Assembly: GCA_002104905.1 (NCBI GenBank)
Contig: MCFE01000357.1
Location: 23,900 to 87,899, forward strand
Direction: 5' to 3'
From: Basidiobolus meristosporus CBS 931.73
Lineage: Eukaryota > Fungi > Basidiobolomycota
DNA: 64,000 nucleotides
Shown: positions 38,494 through 50,974 of the stretch, one piece after another
Layout of the letters: each line of letters starts with the position of its first letter
How positions within the stretch are numbered: position 1 is the first letter of the stretch
Translations under genes and position numbers: made by a program
The notes under the pieces: model-generated
Database searches by the model: none
Seen by the model: only the letters and a program-made list of their open reading frames with translations
What the model was told of the DNA's origin: nothing

Positions 38494-38928
38494 ATGAGCG
38501 ACTTGAGCAACAGTCCGGTTTTCGCGAACGGTGGTGCCTCTTCAAAAAGACTGACCGTGGAGTTTTCCACTCACTTGCCTGAGAAGCCCATCAATATTCC
38601 TTCGACCACTGCCGCGAATAGTGGACTTGGAAAATCTTTGCAAGGCATTCGTCATATCAACATGGAGCCGTTACCACCCGCCAATCGTCCGGTTCCTAAG
38701 AAACCAGGGATGACCTTGAAATTCAGTGAGGATGTAAACACCGAAGCACACGAGTACCATCCGCCCAAGACCCCTTATCCTTACCAATCATACTTCCCAA
38801 TTGAAGAAGAGGGGGATGACAGTGATCTAGACAACGAAAAGGACAGTGAAGAGGAGGAGGAGGAGGAGGAGGAAGATGACAAACGCCGGACTTCAGAGGA
38901 AGACGATCTGTTTCCGGTAGACAACTAG
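38494..38928 (+). CDS. Small acidic, probably disordered protein (possible PP1 inhibitor-2-like)
   Basis: ATG in ACCATG context at 38494; LKFSEDVNTEAHEYHPPKTPY followed by a poly-Glu/Asp tail. Confidence 0.65.
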   Translation: MSDLSNSPVFANGGASSKRLTVEFSTHLPEKPINIPSTTAANSGLGKSLQGIRHINMEPLPPANRPVPKKPGMTLKFSEDVNTEAHEYHPPKTPYPYQSYFPIEEEGDDSDLDNEKDSEEEEEEEEEDDKRRTSEEDDLFPVDN

Positions 38929-39472
38929 TGTACTCTCTTCGTGAAACTTCCCAACCTTGTATATAGACTCCTCAGTTCATGGGGATTTTAGAATTTTCTT
39001 GGGCAGTTTCTTTGCTTTCTTTGGTTAAATATTGAGTTTTCATGCCTCCGCACTATATTTTTTTTCATATAAAGATCGATGAATTTTGTCAAGTCATCTT
39101 TGAAATGAACAGTATTAGATGAATTTTGTCAAGTGTTTTTGAAATCAATACCAATTTCGAGCGTATCAGCTGTTCCATGGAATCATGGGTAACTTCTGTT
39201 CAAAACCGAATCATCTTGGTGACATCAGTACGTAACCCTATGGAGAGCGTCTATCACATTGAAATTGGTTAAGACCCACTGGACTTTATCCGAAGCAACA
39301 TTGCGCCATAATGTGTCAACTACTCGGCCCAATATTAGTGACGGTGTAACAGTAACACTCATTCTGATTCGTCTGCTCTCTGGCACGCTCTATGACTTCT
39401 ATTATGGGCATGGAGGATATATATAAGAAGGCTGGTTGGAGCAGAAGCAGTATTATACCACTTACTTAGAGT

Positions 39473-40072
39473 ATGGCAGAATTAGCCCCAGCCAGTGATA
39501 ATATTTCTTTAGAAGAAACATCCCCTAAGCCTCTTGAAGAGGGAATCTCAGAACCAGAGAAAACGCCCGCTTCGAATTCGCCCGAACCGCAAGAAACCAA
39601 AAGAACCTCAAACGTAGACACCAGTTGGTACAAGTCGATTGTAGTCGTTCCAAACAACGGCAGCACAGCCCGAGACCACTTAGGTATGGTTACTAATGAT
39701 ATTTGCTGACCTTTACCTTCTGAATAACCATTTCCGTCTCTAATAGCAAACGAGCGTACGTACCTTGCGGAGTTCCGGTTTTGCTTGTTGGTGATAGTTT
39801 TAGGAATGTCGATTATTGGGGACTTTAGGTTTGGAAGCAGCCATCAGGAGGAGAATAAAGTCAGTCTTCATGCAGACTGGTCGGGCATCGCTTGGGTCTC
39901 CATAGGGATTCTGTTGTCACTCTTTTGTGTGATCAACTACTTTGTCATGCAAATGAGATACGTCAAATCAAGAGCACCACTACAGAACTTCAAGGTTGTT
40001 ATACCAGTGATTGCTTTGATGGCAATAACTATATGCACCTTTACCATTAGCGCACTGGTTCGCAGAGACTAG
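39473..40072 (+). CDS. DUF202 (YidH/Vtc1-like) membrane protein
   Basis: NNGSTARDHL|ANERTYLAEFR across intron ~39684-39745, followed by three hydrophobic segments. Confidence 0.85.
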
Positions 40073-41044
40073 CAGCATCAACAATTGGCATACACTGTAA
40101 AATTCATATTGCACATTGTACTATAAAATAAATGCGTTCATGCGCTCCCTTCCCTCACCAATATTTAGCCATGGGTTTCCTTTTTGTGCAAATGGCGAGA
40201 ACCATTCTCGGATGGCCTGCCTAAATATAGAAATCAACAAGGTTTCAGGGAGAATATATTGCCCTCCCAGCCAAAATTGTCAAGCGTATGTGCGACGGGA
40301 GGGAATCACGACTTTAGTAGCCACCGGTAGGAGCATTTATCCTTGATATGGCGGGGACATTGGAAGAGTATGGCAACGGAATCCATTGTTTCAATCTTAC
40401 GTGTCTCGCGTGTTGGCCCCTTAATCAGATAATTAAAAAGAACAATGGGATTTGTGATGGATTCCTCAACAATAGACCATTTGTTTCTCCCGGCAGTATT
40501 GCGTTGATTTATAACTGTTTCCCAGCGTATGTCGTACGGAAATTACCACTCGACCATGCTGCATGAGGTAAAACCAAGTAGCAGGTACAAAGTCTAAATC
40601 TGATTCATGCGGGCATTGTGAGATGAGCGAGAATAGCATGACATTTGTTTCTCAACGTTGGGCTTAGAGCCGTTGTCAAGATCTGCAGTATTAACGATCA
40701 GAAATATCGTTGAATTGCTTTTTCTCCGGTTTCACGGGTGGTCTTTGTGCTGTTAATTCGCACTAGGCTAGGCTGCATAATGCTCATTGACCCCTGAATA
40801 TATAAGGCAGCATCGATGGATAATGGATTGGTGTAAATTTCTGTTTGAACGCGTCTCCACTGATTCTCAAGCTTACAACAACTCCTCCCACCCATTGCTA
40901 TGTCAAGTGTTTCTTGGCTAAAGATATCCTTTCCCGACAAGGCGTCTGGTGAGCGATTGGGCTTTCATGCTCAATTCCTGAGCGCATCCAAAGGTTGGTT
41001 CTTCTCAATAGCAAACCTCTACCACCTATTAACCATCAAGCTTA

Positions 41045-42380
41045 GTGATATGTGTGCGATGTCGACAAAATATGGTCGTTGGTCCCCAGCCTTTCAAGAA
41101 TCTACGCTGCACTGGCTGTGGGATGGCATTTATCACTCCACTCCACACATCCTACACTTGTACCACAATTGATCCGACCATTACAGACGACTTCAAGTTT
41201 GACAAACCAGTGGATATTGGGGCTTTCCTATACAACCATGGCCCGAGTTTGGCCTCGTCGTCTGCCCGCTTTGGCTTTGTCTATTATAGGGAAAAGCTTG
41301 GCCCTTCATCCATTTTGAAGAGACCATCCAAGAGAATCCGCAACGATCTCCGATTCTTGGGCAGCGCTTGGGAAAAGGCACTAGCTGTATTATCTGGCTC
41401 TTGGATTCGGTTCTATGATATCCAAGGCGATTCTAATCTAGAAGCCCAGCATAAGGTACGCTATTGAAGAACTGTCATCCGCATCCCCAAGATACACTAA
41501 CGCAGCGTGCAGCTCATAGGAGAGATTGTGTTGAGAGACATCCAGCTGGAATACATGGCGGAATACAAGGGACGGCGGTGTATTCTCGCCCTCTCCAGAG
41601 GTGGATCAAGTGTCTACATCCAAGTGGGTTCGCCCATCTTACAGAACTGGTAACCTTGTCTGGCTTCACCTCTGTCTTTACTCAGACTGACCGCCGCACT
41701 GTAGGTGGGGCGAATGTCTCGAATACTTCGTACAAAAGCTGCGCTCTCCCAAACACTACAACTCTTGCGATGTTCTCAACGTCCGAGCAAATCGACACAA
41801 TGGCATCTCCTCCCCGCTTTCCCACTCACCCCACACTAGAACCTTTTTAGAGCTCGATGGAGGTAGGCTGCAGTGGTCACATGTCAAGCACATGAACTAG
41901 TCGCTAACATATTGCTACATGTGTATAGTGAAGCACCTCAAGAAGCGCTTAAGCTCGCTGCATATTGGCAGTCATGGCCTAACATCCGGCTTCGAAAGCA
42001 TGCGTGCATTTAACGTATTTCGGGATCGGGACACTAACCATCTCCTAGCCCCCTACTCAGCCATCATCTTTTCTCCAGGTAGGTCTTTCCATCATAAAGG
42101 CTCGCTGGATTTGGCTGACCATTGATCAGACTTTTTAGAAGAGACGCCGGACATTGAAGACTCCCTTTCAAGTAGTGCTGGTTCGTCCGTCTCTGAGAGC
42201 CCAATCCATTCCGATATCGACGAAGAATCCTCCAGTGGGTACACCAGCAGACGCGACTCGGCTTCCTCCAATCACTCCAACGAAATATCGCTGAAAGGTC
42301 CTGATCTACTAGCAAGCCTCCAGGAGACTGGTGACAATTGGGATTACCTTCTAGATGCGTTTCCTCTCCCACCTGTGTAA
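41045..42380 (+). CDS. Putative multi-exon PH-domain protein, possibly degenerate; 5' end unresolved
   Basis: Spliced WEKALAVLSGSWIRFYD...HK|LIGEIVLRDIQLEYMAEYKGRRCILALSRGGSSVYIQ resembles a PH fold; CxxC-x15-CxxC upstream; Ser-rich terminal exon ending LLDAFPLPPV* at 42380. Confidence 0.45.
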
Positions 42381-42555
42381 TTAACCAAAACCAATTAATT
42401 TATTCTTGCATTGTGTATATCTGAGATTTCGGTTTTCTGTTTGGACTTCAAATATATTTTATTCATCACATCGCTTGGTTGTTGTTTGGATAACCCCATG
42501 TGCATGGTCTAGATCGGTTATATCTTCCAAACACCAGGTCGATTGAATTTTCCTT

Positions 42556-43698
<1,143 letters not shown>

Positions 43699-43861
43699 GG
43701 TACTTATAAAAAAAGAATAAACAATCAGATCACTGGGAAAACGTTGCGATCGTCCATAATATAATCAATTTTTTAGCAGCTATGTATCTGTCTGTTTAAA
43801 GAATGGCTTATTCGACTCATTTTTATTTGAATTAGAAAAATATGGATCAAACAGTGCGAGC

Positions 43862-44629
43862 TTATTTGTCGGCAATCTTCTTGGTACCACGGAGCAAACC
43901 GGTACGACGAGCAGCAATGAGACCAACCTTTTGACCAGCGGAAGAGTCGCGGGCAACGGTGGAAGCGTGACCAATGTGTTGATGATTACCACCACCGTGA
44001 GGATGGTCAACGGGGTTCATAGCAACACCACGAGTCTTAGGCCAGCAGTTACGCTTGACTCTGTATTTGTGGTAGGCACGACCAGCCTTAAGCAAGGGCT
44101 TGTCAATACGACCACCACCAGCGACAATACCAATGGTAGCACGGCAAGTAGATTGGATAACCTTCTTGGAGCCGGAGGGGAGCTTGACTCTGGTCTTGCC
44201 ATCATCGTGGTTGTGGGAGATGATAGTAGCGTAGTTACCGGAAGCACGGGCAATAGCACCACGATCACCAACAGACTCTTCGATGTTGCAGATGATGGTA
44301 CCCTCAGGCATGGCGGAAAGAGGGAGGACGTTGCCAATGGTCAAGGCAGCCTTCTTACCGCAGTAAACGAATTGACCAGTGTACATACCTTCGGTAGCAA
44401 TGAAGGTTTGAGTGGTAGTCTTGTATCTGTAAGGATCACGGAATTGGACCTTAGCAAGAGGGGCACCACGTCCAGGATCGTGGATGATCTCCTTGACGAT
44501 ACCACGGATGTAACCGTTACGTTCAGCGAAGTCCAAAGGACGGAGTTGGGCGGCACCCTTTCTAAGTCTGGTGTGGGACTTGAAGATTCCTCCGGGACCC
44601 TTTCTCTGAGCACGAATAACACGACCCAT
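43862..44629 (-). CDS. RPL2: 60S ribosomal protein uL2 (L2/L8)
   Basis: [11 protein letters not shown]...[10 protein letters not shown]...[18 protein letters not shown]...RRTGLLRG; uninterrupted ORF. Confidence 0.99.
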   Translation of the reverse strand: MGRVIRAQRKGPGGIFKSHTRLRKGAAQLRPLDFAERNGYIRGIVKEIIHDPGRGAPLAKVQFRDPYRYKTTTQTFIATEGMYTGQFVYCGKKAALTIGNVLPLSAMPEGTIICNIEESVGDRGAIARASGNYATIISHNHDDGKTRVKLPSGSKKVIQSTCRATIGIVAGGGRIDKPLLKAGRAYHKYRVKRNCWPKTRGVAMNPVDHPHGGGNHQHIGHASTVARDSSAGQKVGLIAARRTGLLRGTKKIADK

Positions 44630-44656
44630 TTCTTCTACTACCTAGTTTCCTATTAA

Positions 44657-44772
44657 CTGGGAGTATAAGTAATGGTACTCAGACATCATCCCCATCCCAG
44701 CCCATCCATAGCCGTCACTGCCACGATGGATGGAATGGTACGGCGGCGATTGATAGTTTCTAGCGGACTTAC
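44657..44772 (-). other. Putative 5'-UTR intron of RPL2 containing a stem-loop
   Basis: GTAAGT donor at 44772, pyrimidine-rich CAG acceptor at 44657; CCATCCAT/ATGGATGG stem at 44702-44733. Confidence 0.55.
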
Positions 44773-45331
44773 CGATAAAAAAATAGCCAACTTAGGCTTT
44801 GATGAACGGAAGAAGAGAGAGTCCAAGTCGAACACTGGTGGCCATTTTGTGCTTGGAACAGACCGTGACTTCTGATTGGATAGATTCCCAGTGCCTATGC
44901 TCAAAACTTTTTTGTCGTGGAAAATTTGATTTGATCATTGGCTGAAGATTCGATTAACACATAGGGATCGATTAATCTAAAGCTTATCCGCTCGCGAGTA
45001 CAAAGCATTGTAGCTCAGTTGATTATTTTCAAACCAACTAGCCATTCACCCATATTTCAGTGTTGGAAAATAATTGGTTAGATGAGCATTCATTGATTTT
45101 TTTTCCTCTTGTCAAATTTTTTGGTGCATTTGAATTGATAGCATAGAGTATTGGAGTGCTGGCTTTGATACCGCAGCTCGCTTGGTTTGTAATATATAGG
45201 CCGGGTTGAGGCATACACATATAAAGCGCGATTTTTGGTATTCTATTTGATTGTACAAGTCCGGCCCGATATCTTTGTTTTTGGTGTATAATTCTAGCTA
45301 CATACGTGTTAAAATACAACCTGTCCGTCAA

Positions 45332-48085
45332 ATGGCAAATTTAGACGATATAGATCTGAGTAACATAGACCCATCGGGGAACCTTATGGAGTTATTTTCT
45401 GATCTCAACGACAACTCAACCTTATCAGCTTCCACTGAAGAAATTCAAAAAATAGTCAGTTCTTTGCACAGTGATATTGATACAGATGCCTCCTTTAATA
45501 TTGATCTCGACGAACTATTATCTGGCGCCGATTCCGAGGATTTTGCGAGCACCGAGGCTGTAGACCTGACAGTAGATGAGATCGATTCGATTACTGCCAA
45601 GGTTCTCGGAACTTCCAACCCGTTAAGCCCTAATTCGGCCTCGTCGGAAAATAACCAAACAACACCTACTATTTCTCGATCCTCTTCTTTTCCAATTCTG
45701 ACTTCCAAGCCAATCGCAAAACCAACCGACGGTAATGGGAGAATTGCTCCGAGCTCTCCTCTCGTTGCTTCACCAGTCTCTACAACGCTATCGCCCTCAT
45801 CAGCGCCTGTCTCTCGTACATCCAGCCCAAAAATAACCAACGTGAAATTACCCACCAAGCTCGAGGCGGCCCGAGCGGTTGGCGAATCACACAAACCTCT
45901 GCTTCAAAGGTCAATCTCAGATATTAGCAAAGTTGGTACTGGATCGAGCGCAGCCTCAAGGCCATTTCAATCCTCAGACTCGCTCGCGCACAAAGTCAAT
46001 ATTGGAAAATCAACCACGCCTCTATTGAGTAAACCATCAAATCCTTCCTCGATCGCAACTTCTCTGAACAATGCAAGAGAGCAACTACTCTCTAGAGCTG
46101 CCTTATCAGGCCACCCAAATGCAATCGGGTTAGCCACTCCAAATGCTCGAAGCCCCTTGTTAGCATCTCGTCCTGTCATTCCCAATGGTCGACTTGCTCA
46201 TTTACCTGGTACCCCGACCCCTATTAGAGCAGCAGGCAACGCTGAAAATCGAGCTTCCACTCCAAATCAACCTGGATCAGCCTCGTCAAGACGAGGTACG
46301 TATTTGCATCTATTGCTTTCGGGCAGTTGTAAGAAGCTTTCCGTCTCAAGTATATCTTACTCAAAGTTGCATTTACGTGTAGCTTCCGGGAATACCTTGC
46401 TCGACACCATTCTCAGCCAACTACAGCCTGATAAGCAAGAAAAACTGAAAGAGATCTTTAAAAACTTGCAGGTTGAACCCTTAATTACCACACACTTCAC
46501 TTCTCTAGTGGCAATCGCTGATTCTACTATCATGTTGAAATAGGAAAATTTGCTCAGTCCGGAGCTTTTTCTTGCTAAAGCTCGTGAGTTACTCGGGGCT
46601 CAGCACTCGCCACTCCTTGCTAACCTTAGGGCACGCTCCAGCACAGCACCGGCATCGCAGCGCCCACCACAGACGCTCCAGCCTGGGAATATCAGATCAA
46701 GCCCAAATACACCTGCTTTGTCGGCCTACACTTTACTAAGGAAAAGGCTCGCTGAACAAACAAATGCAACTGCAGGTTCCACTCCTAGTCTTCCCAGCAA
46801 AAAATTCAAGGTTGCTCACACTCCTGGTGCCTCGTCTCCGCTACCTTCTACTTCAACACAGGTTGGGGTGGCTAATTACCGCCCGACAGGTTCAGCACCA
46901 GTTGCGGCACTTAGCCAACCTCAAATTCAGAGTCCATCCACGGCAAGTCCTACGCTACCGACCGTGTCAGTTAGACCCGCAGCGGTTGCCGCAATTAGCA
47001 GACCTTCCACGCCGGTCCAAGCCTCGCCTATGAAAGACAATAAGGTGGACTTTGATACACTCACAGATGTTATGGGGTATGTGGGTGTAGATCTTAAGGA
47101 GGAGTCCGACAATATCATGAGGCAAAGCGAAATCATGGACAAGAACAGGGCGGTGGACATTGTTGATCAGTCGAAAACTCAGGACTTCCTCAGCTTGAGG
47201 GTGTTGAAGTCGATGGTCGACAAAATCGCCAAGCCATACCATATTCCCAATATCGATCCAGATTTTCTGGTTTATTTGGCACTTGCCACACAAGATCGAT
47301 TGAAATCTTTGGTAGAACAAATGATAGTGGCGAGCAAGCATAGAGTTAGGTCACATCATTTGGCACCTCCGCCCATTCAAGAAGATACGAATATTCCGTT
47401 GTATAAGATAGTTGTATCCGATGATGTCAAGAAGCAGCTGCTTTCACTGGAGCGAGTTAGCCGAGAAGATGAGTGTAAGCGCAAGAGGATATTGGCCGAG
47501 CGCGAGAGGCGGTTGGCTGAAGAGAATGCGAAAGCAGAAAATAAGGAGGAGTCCGGAGATATGCAAAAGTCCAAGAAGGTTCGGCGTAAGGATGGTTTGG
47601 ATCTTCCGGGGGCTGCCCGAAACATGAACGATGCGAATACAACGGCCCTACTCATTGCTGGTGGTGTACGAAGAAGTTGGATGCTCGCAGAGCCAACCGG
47701 TTCTGGTTCAGCTAAATCTGCGACAAGTACGCCGAAATCCAGCAAACCTATTGGCAATCCACCAGCCTCTGGATCAGGCACCTCCTCGGCACTCCCAAAT
47801 AACCCGAGCAGTTCTCGTTTCGCTCCTGTACAGAAACCGCTACCACACTCATCGAAGGCTGCAGTAAAATCAGGAGGAGCCTCACATGGCTCTACCCCTA
47901 AGCCAGGTTCGAAGTCTCGCCTTGTTCTACCGCCTTCGACGGTAAATCACCCATCCATCACAAGTGCACAAACCACATCCCGGAAGGTGACAGTACGTGA
48001 TGCCTTATTCAGTTTAGAAAAAGACACCAATCTTGGAAACGGTGAGCGAGTGTTACTAAAAGGGTATGTCAAGTGGCTTAAATGA
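45332..48085 (+). CDS. TAF4: TFIID subunit TAF4 (two introns)
   Basis: Long Ser/Pro-rich N-terminus; RST-like segment LQPDKQEKLKEIFKNLQ|ENLLSPELFLAKARELLG; histone fold DTLTDVMGYVGVDLKEE...LALATQDRL; ANTTALL; RKVTVRDALFSLEKD. Confidence 0.9.
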
Positions 48086-48564
48086 TTTGGTTAGCTTTCG
48101 ATAGATGATTTTCATGGCACATAATATTCGTAACTACCTCCACACATTCCTTCGATACATGGAATGTGCTTCCACCACATCCGCCCCCTACAACCATCAC
48201 CTTGTAATAATAGACCATTTCAAATGTAAAACCGACGGAAATAAAAGCGGCAGCATATCTAGCACTTTGTTTTATACAGCTGGCTAGGCTCATGACCCTG
48301 TGAAACAATAGTGCCTGCATATACTTTATATTATACGACCAATGCCCTAGTGTGGTCCAGACTCTTCCACATCCCGAAGGGAAGCGAAACATGAGATGTG
48401 GCACGATCACCATTCCAATTTATCACTCGAATGTTGCTCCCGATTGGTGCGAGCCTTGGCAGAGTGCAATTGGTCGTGGAGCAGGTTACGGTTGGGTCCG
48501 GTTACACAAGCCAAGGAATATTAATACTGAGGATAGACTGCTTATTACGAGCAATAATTGCAAG

Positions 48565-49795
48565 ATGTCGAACAAGACCGTATGCGTCACCGGAGGTACT
48601 GGCTATCTGGCTAGGTAAAGGAGATTTGGCATGTCTGATCGTATTTTCGGGATTTCTCACCTGGTTAATCATAGTAAACTCATTGAGATTTTGCTATCGA
48701 GGGGATACAGGGTTCGATCTACAGTGCGTTCGTTGAATAACCAGATCAAGATCGCCCCCTTGAAGAGGTTGACTTCCAAAGGCGACCTCTCTCTCTTCGA
48801 AGCTGATTTGTTGTCGGAAGGGAGCTTTAAAGAAGCCATGGACGGTATGTGTTGTCGCCCACCCTTGCACTGAAGTAAGCCACTGATAGTTGCTAGGCTG
48901 CGAGTGCGTTTTCCACGTCGCCTCACCCATGCATACCTCATACTCGGTAGACGACCCGCACAGCCAACTAGTTGTTCCGGCGGTTCAGGGGACTCGCAAC
49001 GTTATAGAGGAGGCGCTCCGGAGCAAAACCGTAACTACGGTTGTTATGACCAGCTCTGTGGCCGCCATCAAAAGTCAACTCAAGCCGGAGGACTACATTT
49101 TCTCCGAGAAAGTAAGTGTCCCGTAGGAGTCTAACACGCTCGGGCCGAGTGATTCAACCTCGAAAAATAAACCATAGGATTGGAATGAAGACGCCTCCAT
49201 GGAGGTCAGCCCATACTCGTTTGGGAAAACACTCGCGGAGAAGGAGGCCTGGAGATTGGTGGCCGAAAGTAGGATTCGCTTGGTTTCGATCAACCCGTCG
49301 TGCATCATTGGTAAGTGGAGAAAGTGGAGTGTCGGTGGGGCACATTGTTTAGCTAAACCGCGGGTATTTCTAGGTCCTTCGGTTGGAGTCCATCCAGAAA
49401 CAGAGAGCATCGTCCACTTCATTGACCTTCTTGAGGGCCGCTACCACGAGAGCGGAGTTCCTTCCATCGAACTTTGCACCGTCGATATCAAGGATGTGGT
49501 GGAGGCACATATTCGTGCCTTCGAGAATCCCAACGCTTCAGGAAGATACATAGTGTCAAGCGAGCACTCCACTACGCTTCTGGACTGGGCGCAAATCTTA
49601 GGCAGCGACCCACGATTCGCCACTTATCCGCTCCCTACGAAACTCACCGGGGAGAGGCAGAAGAAGTTCCATTATGAAAACCGAAGAGTGCAGGAGGAGC
49701 TAGGGATAAGCTTGGCTCCGTTGGAGGAGTCTTTGAAAGAGGTGGCAGAATTCCTGATCAAATCCCGGGTGATCCATAGTCAAAAGCGCTTATGA
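48565..49795 (+). CDS. Extended SDR NAD(P)-dependent reductase/epimerase (Gre2/cinnamoyl-CoA reductase-like, multi-exon)
   Basis: VCVTGGTGYLA, GYRVRSTVRS, VFHVASP, VVMTSSVAA, catalytic YSFGKTLAEKEAW. Confidence 0.9.
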
Positions 49796-49987
49796 TAGCC
49801 CGGTTTACTTTTATCAAACGTGGTCTTTCTATGCTGCTACGCTGCTGGTGTATATATGTATATGTATGTCTATCTGGATTGCCCAAAGTGCTGATGTGCT
49901 ATCGCTTGTATAGTTAAATACAAATATTTATTTGGTCTCTTTTACATTCTCGTATATAATTTGATATCCAGAGTATTCGCATAGCAG

Positions 49988-50548
49988 TTACAGGGCACAC
50001 GCCTTTACGGCGGAATCCCCCAGGAGTTTCAAATCCAAGTCAACGGCCTTAGTGCACGGTGATGTATTAGACTCGGCAGCAGGCGGTGGAGTAGGCGAGA
50101 TATCAGAGTCGGCCGATGCCGAGGCTTGAGTGGGAGGGCTGACTGTCGCATCGTCTAAGGGTTCATCATCGGCTGGTTTGAGGAGGTTATCTTCAGCCAC
50201 CTCCTTTATTGAGTTGGGTTTGTGATCATGAGATTCGTCATATTCTACAGATAAAGAATAGCTGCGGGAGTCCGGGTACGAATATTCCTCACCAGATCTC
50301 CCAGTTTTGCCGTGGTACCTTGAATCATGGTCATTTCCGTGGTAATCTGCATCAACATCGTCGTTATAACGTGATCCATATTCATGGCGCCGGTCGGGAG
50401 AGTAGTCACTGGTGTCGTAGCCTGAATTATGATGGTCTTGGGAGCGTGCTAATAAACGGTGGTCAATCGCTTGGGAATCAAACGCCACGAACATTGCCGA
50501 GCTGGTGGAGATCAGGAGAGAAAGCGCAGCTGCATTGATTAACACCAT
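49988..50548 (-). CDS. Small secreted protein of unknown function
   Basis: Signal-peptide-like MVLINAAALSLLISTSSA; His/Asp/Tyr/Ser-rich middle; Pro/Thr/Ser linker; C-terminal CTKAVDLDLKLLGDSAVKAC. Confidence 0.7.
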   Translation of the reverse strand: MVLINAAALSLLISTSSAMFVAFDSQAIDHRLLARSQDHHNSGYDTSDYSPDRRHEYGSRYNDDVDADYHGNDHDSRYHGKTGRSGEEYSYPDSRSYSLSVEYDESHDHKPNSIKEVAEDNLLKPADDEPLDDATVSPPTQASASADSDISPTPPPAAESNTSPCTKAVDLDLKLLGDSAVKACAL

Positions 50549-50974
50549 TTGTGTTGATTGTTCTTGCCGGGGAATGCTGACATTGTTCAGCTCTTATATG
50601 GTCATCGAAACGTTCCTTGAAACTTCATGTTTATCGCCGTTGTCTCCACAGAAGATTGTATGCAGAGAATGTTGATGGTCAATCGTAGATCAGCCTAAAT
50701 AGAGTAAATTTCACATACTGTGTATTTGGTTGTGTATTGTATTCAGGCAATCTCAATCTCCATAATGCTCCTTGAGTAACATATAATTCCGATAACAAGT
50801 GGGTGAGGTTGTGAATTAATTTCTTGTTTTGTCCCACCCAAGGCGCAATATTTGTATGGGAACTTGCCAAATTATCTGGTTCACATTCGCTCTGCCCTCT
50901 TACTCCTCACTTGACGGTTGAAAGCAAAGCTGTCTCAAACTACCTGCAACTCTCATTCAGTGCTCTGCTCCATA

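Noticed and set aside
43931-44656. 241-aa + strand ORF and other long antisense ORFs over RPL2, GLY1, eIF3m and TAF4
   Set aside because: Shadow ORFs caused by codon bias and high GC in real genes on the opposite strand.
44657-44772. Intronic box C/D snoRNA in the RPL2 intron
   Set aside because: A CTGA is present, but there is no properly placed 5' RUGAUGA box C or terminal stem.
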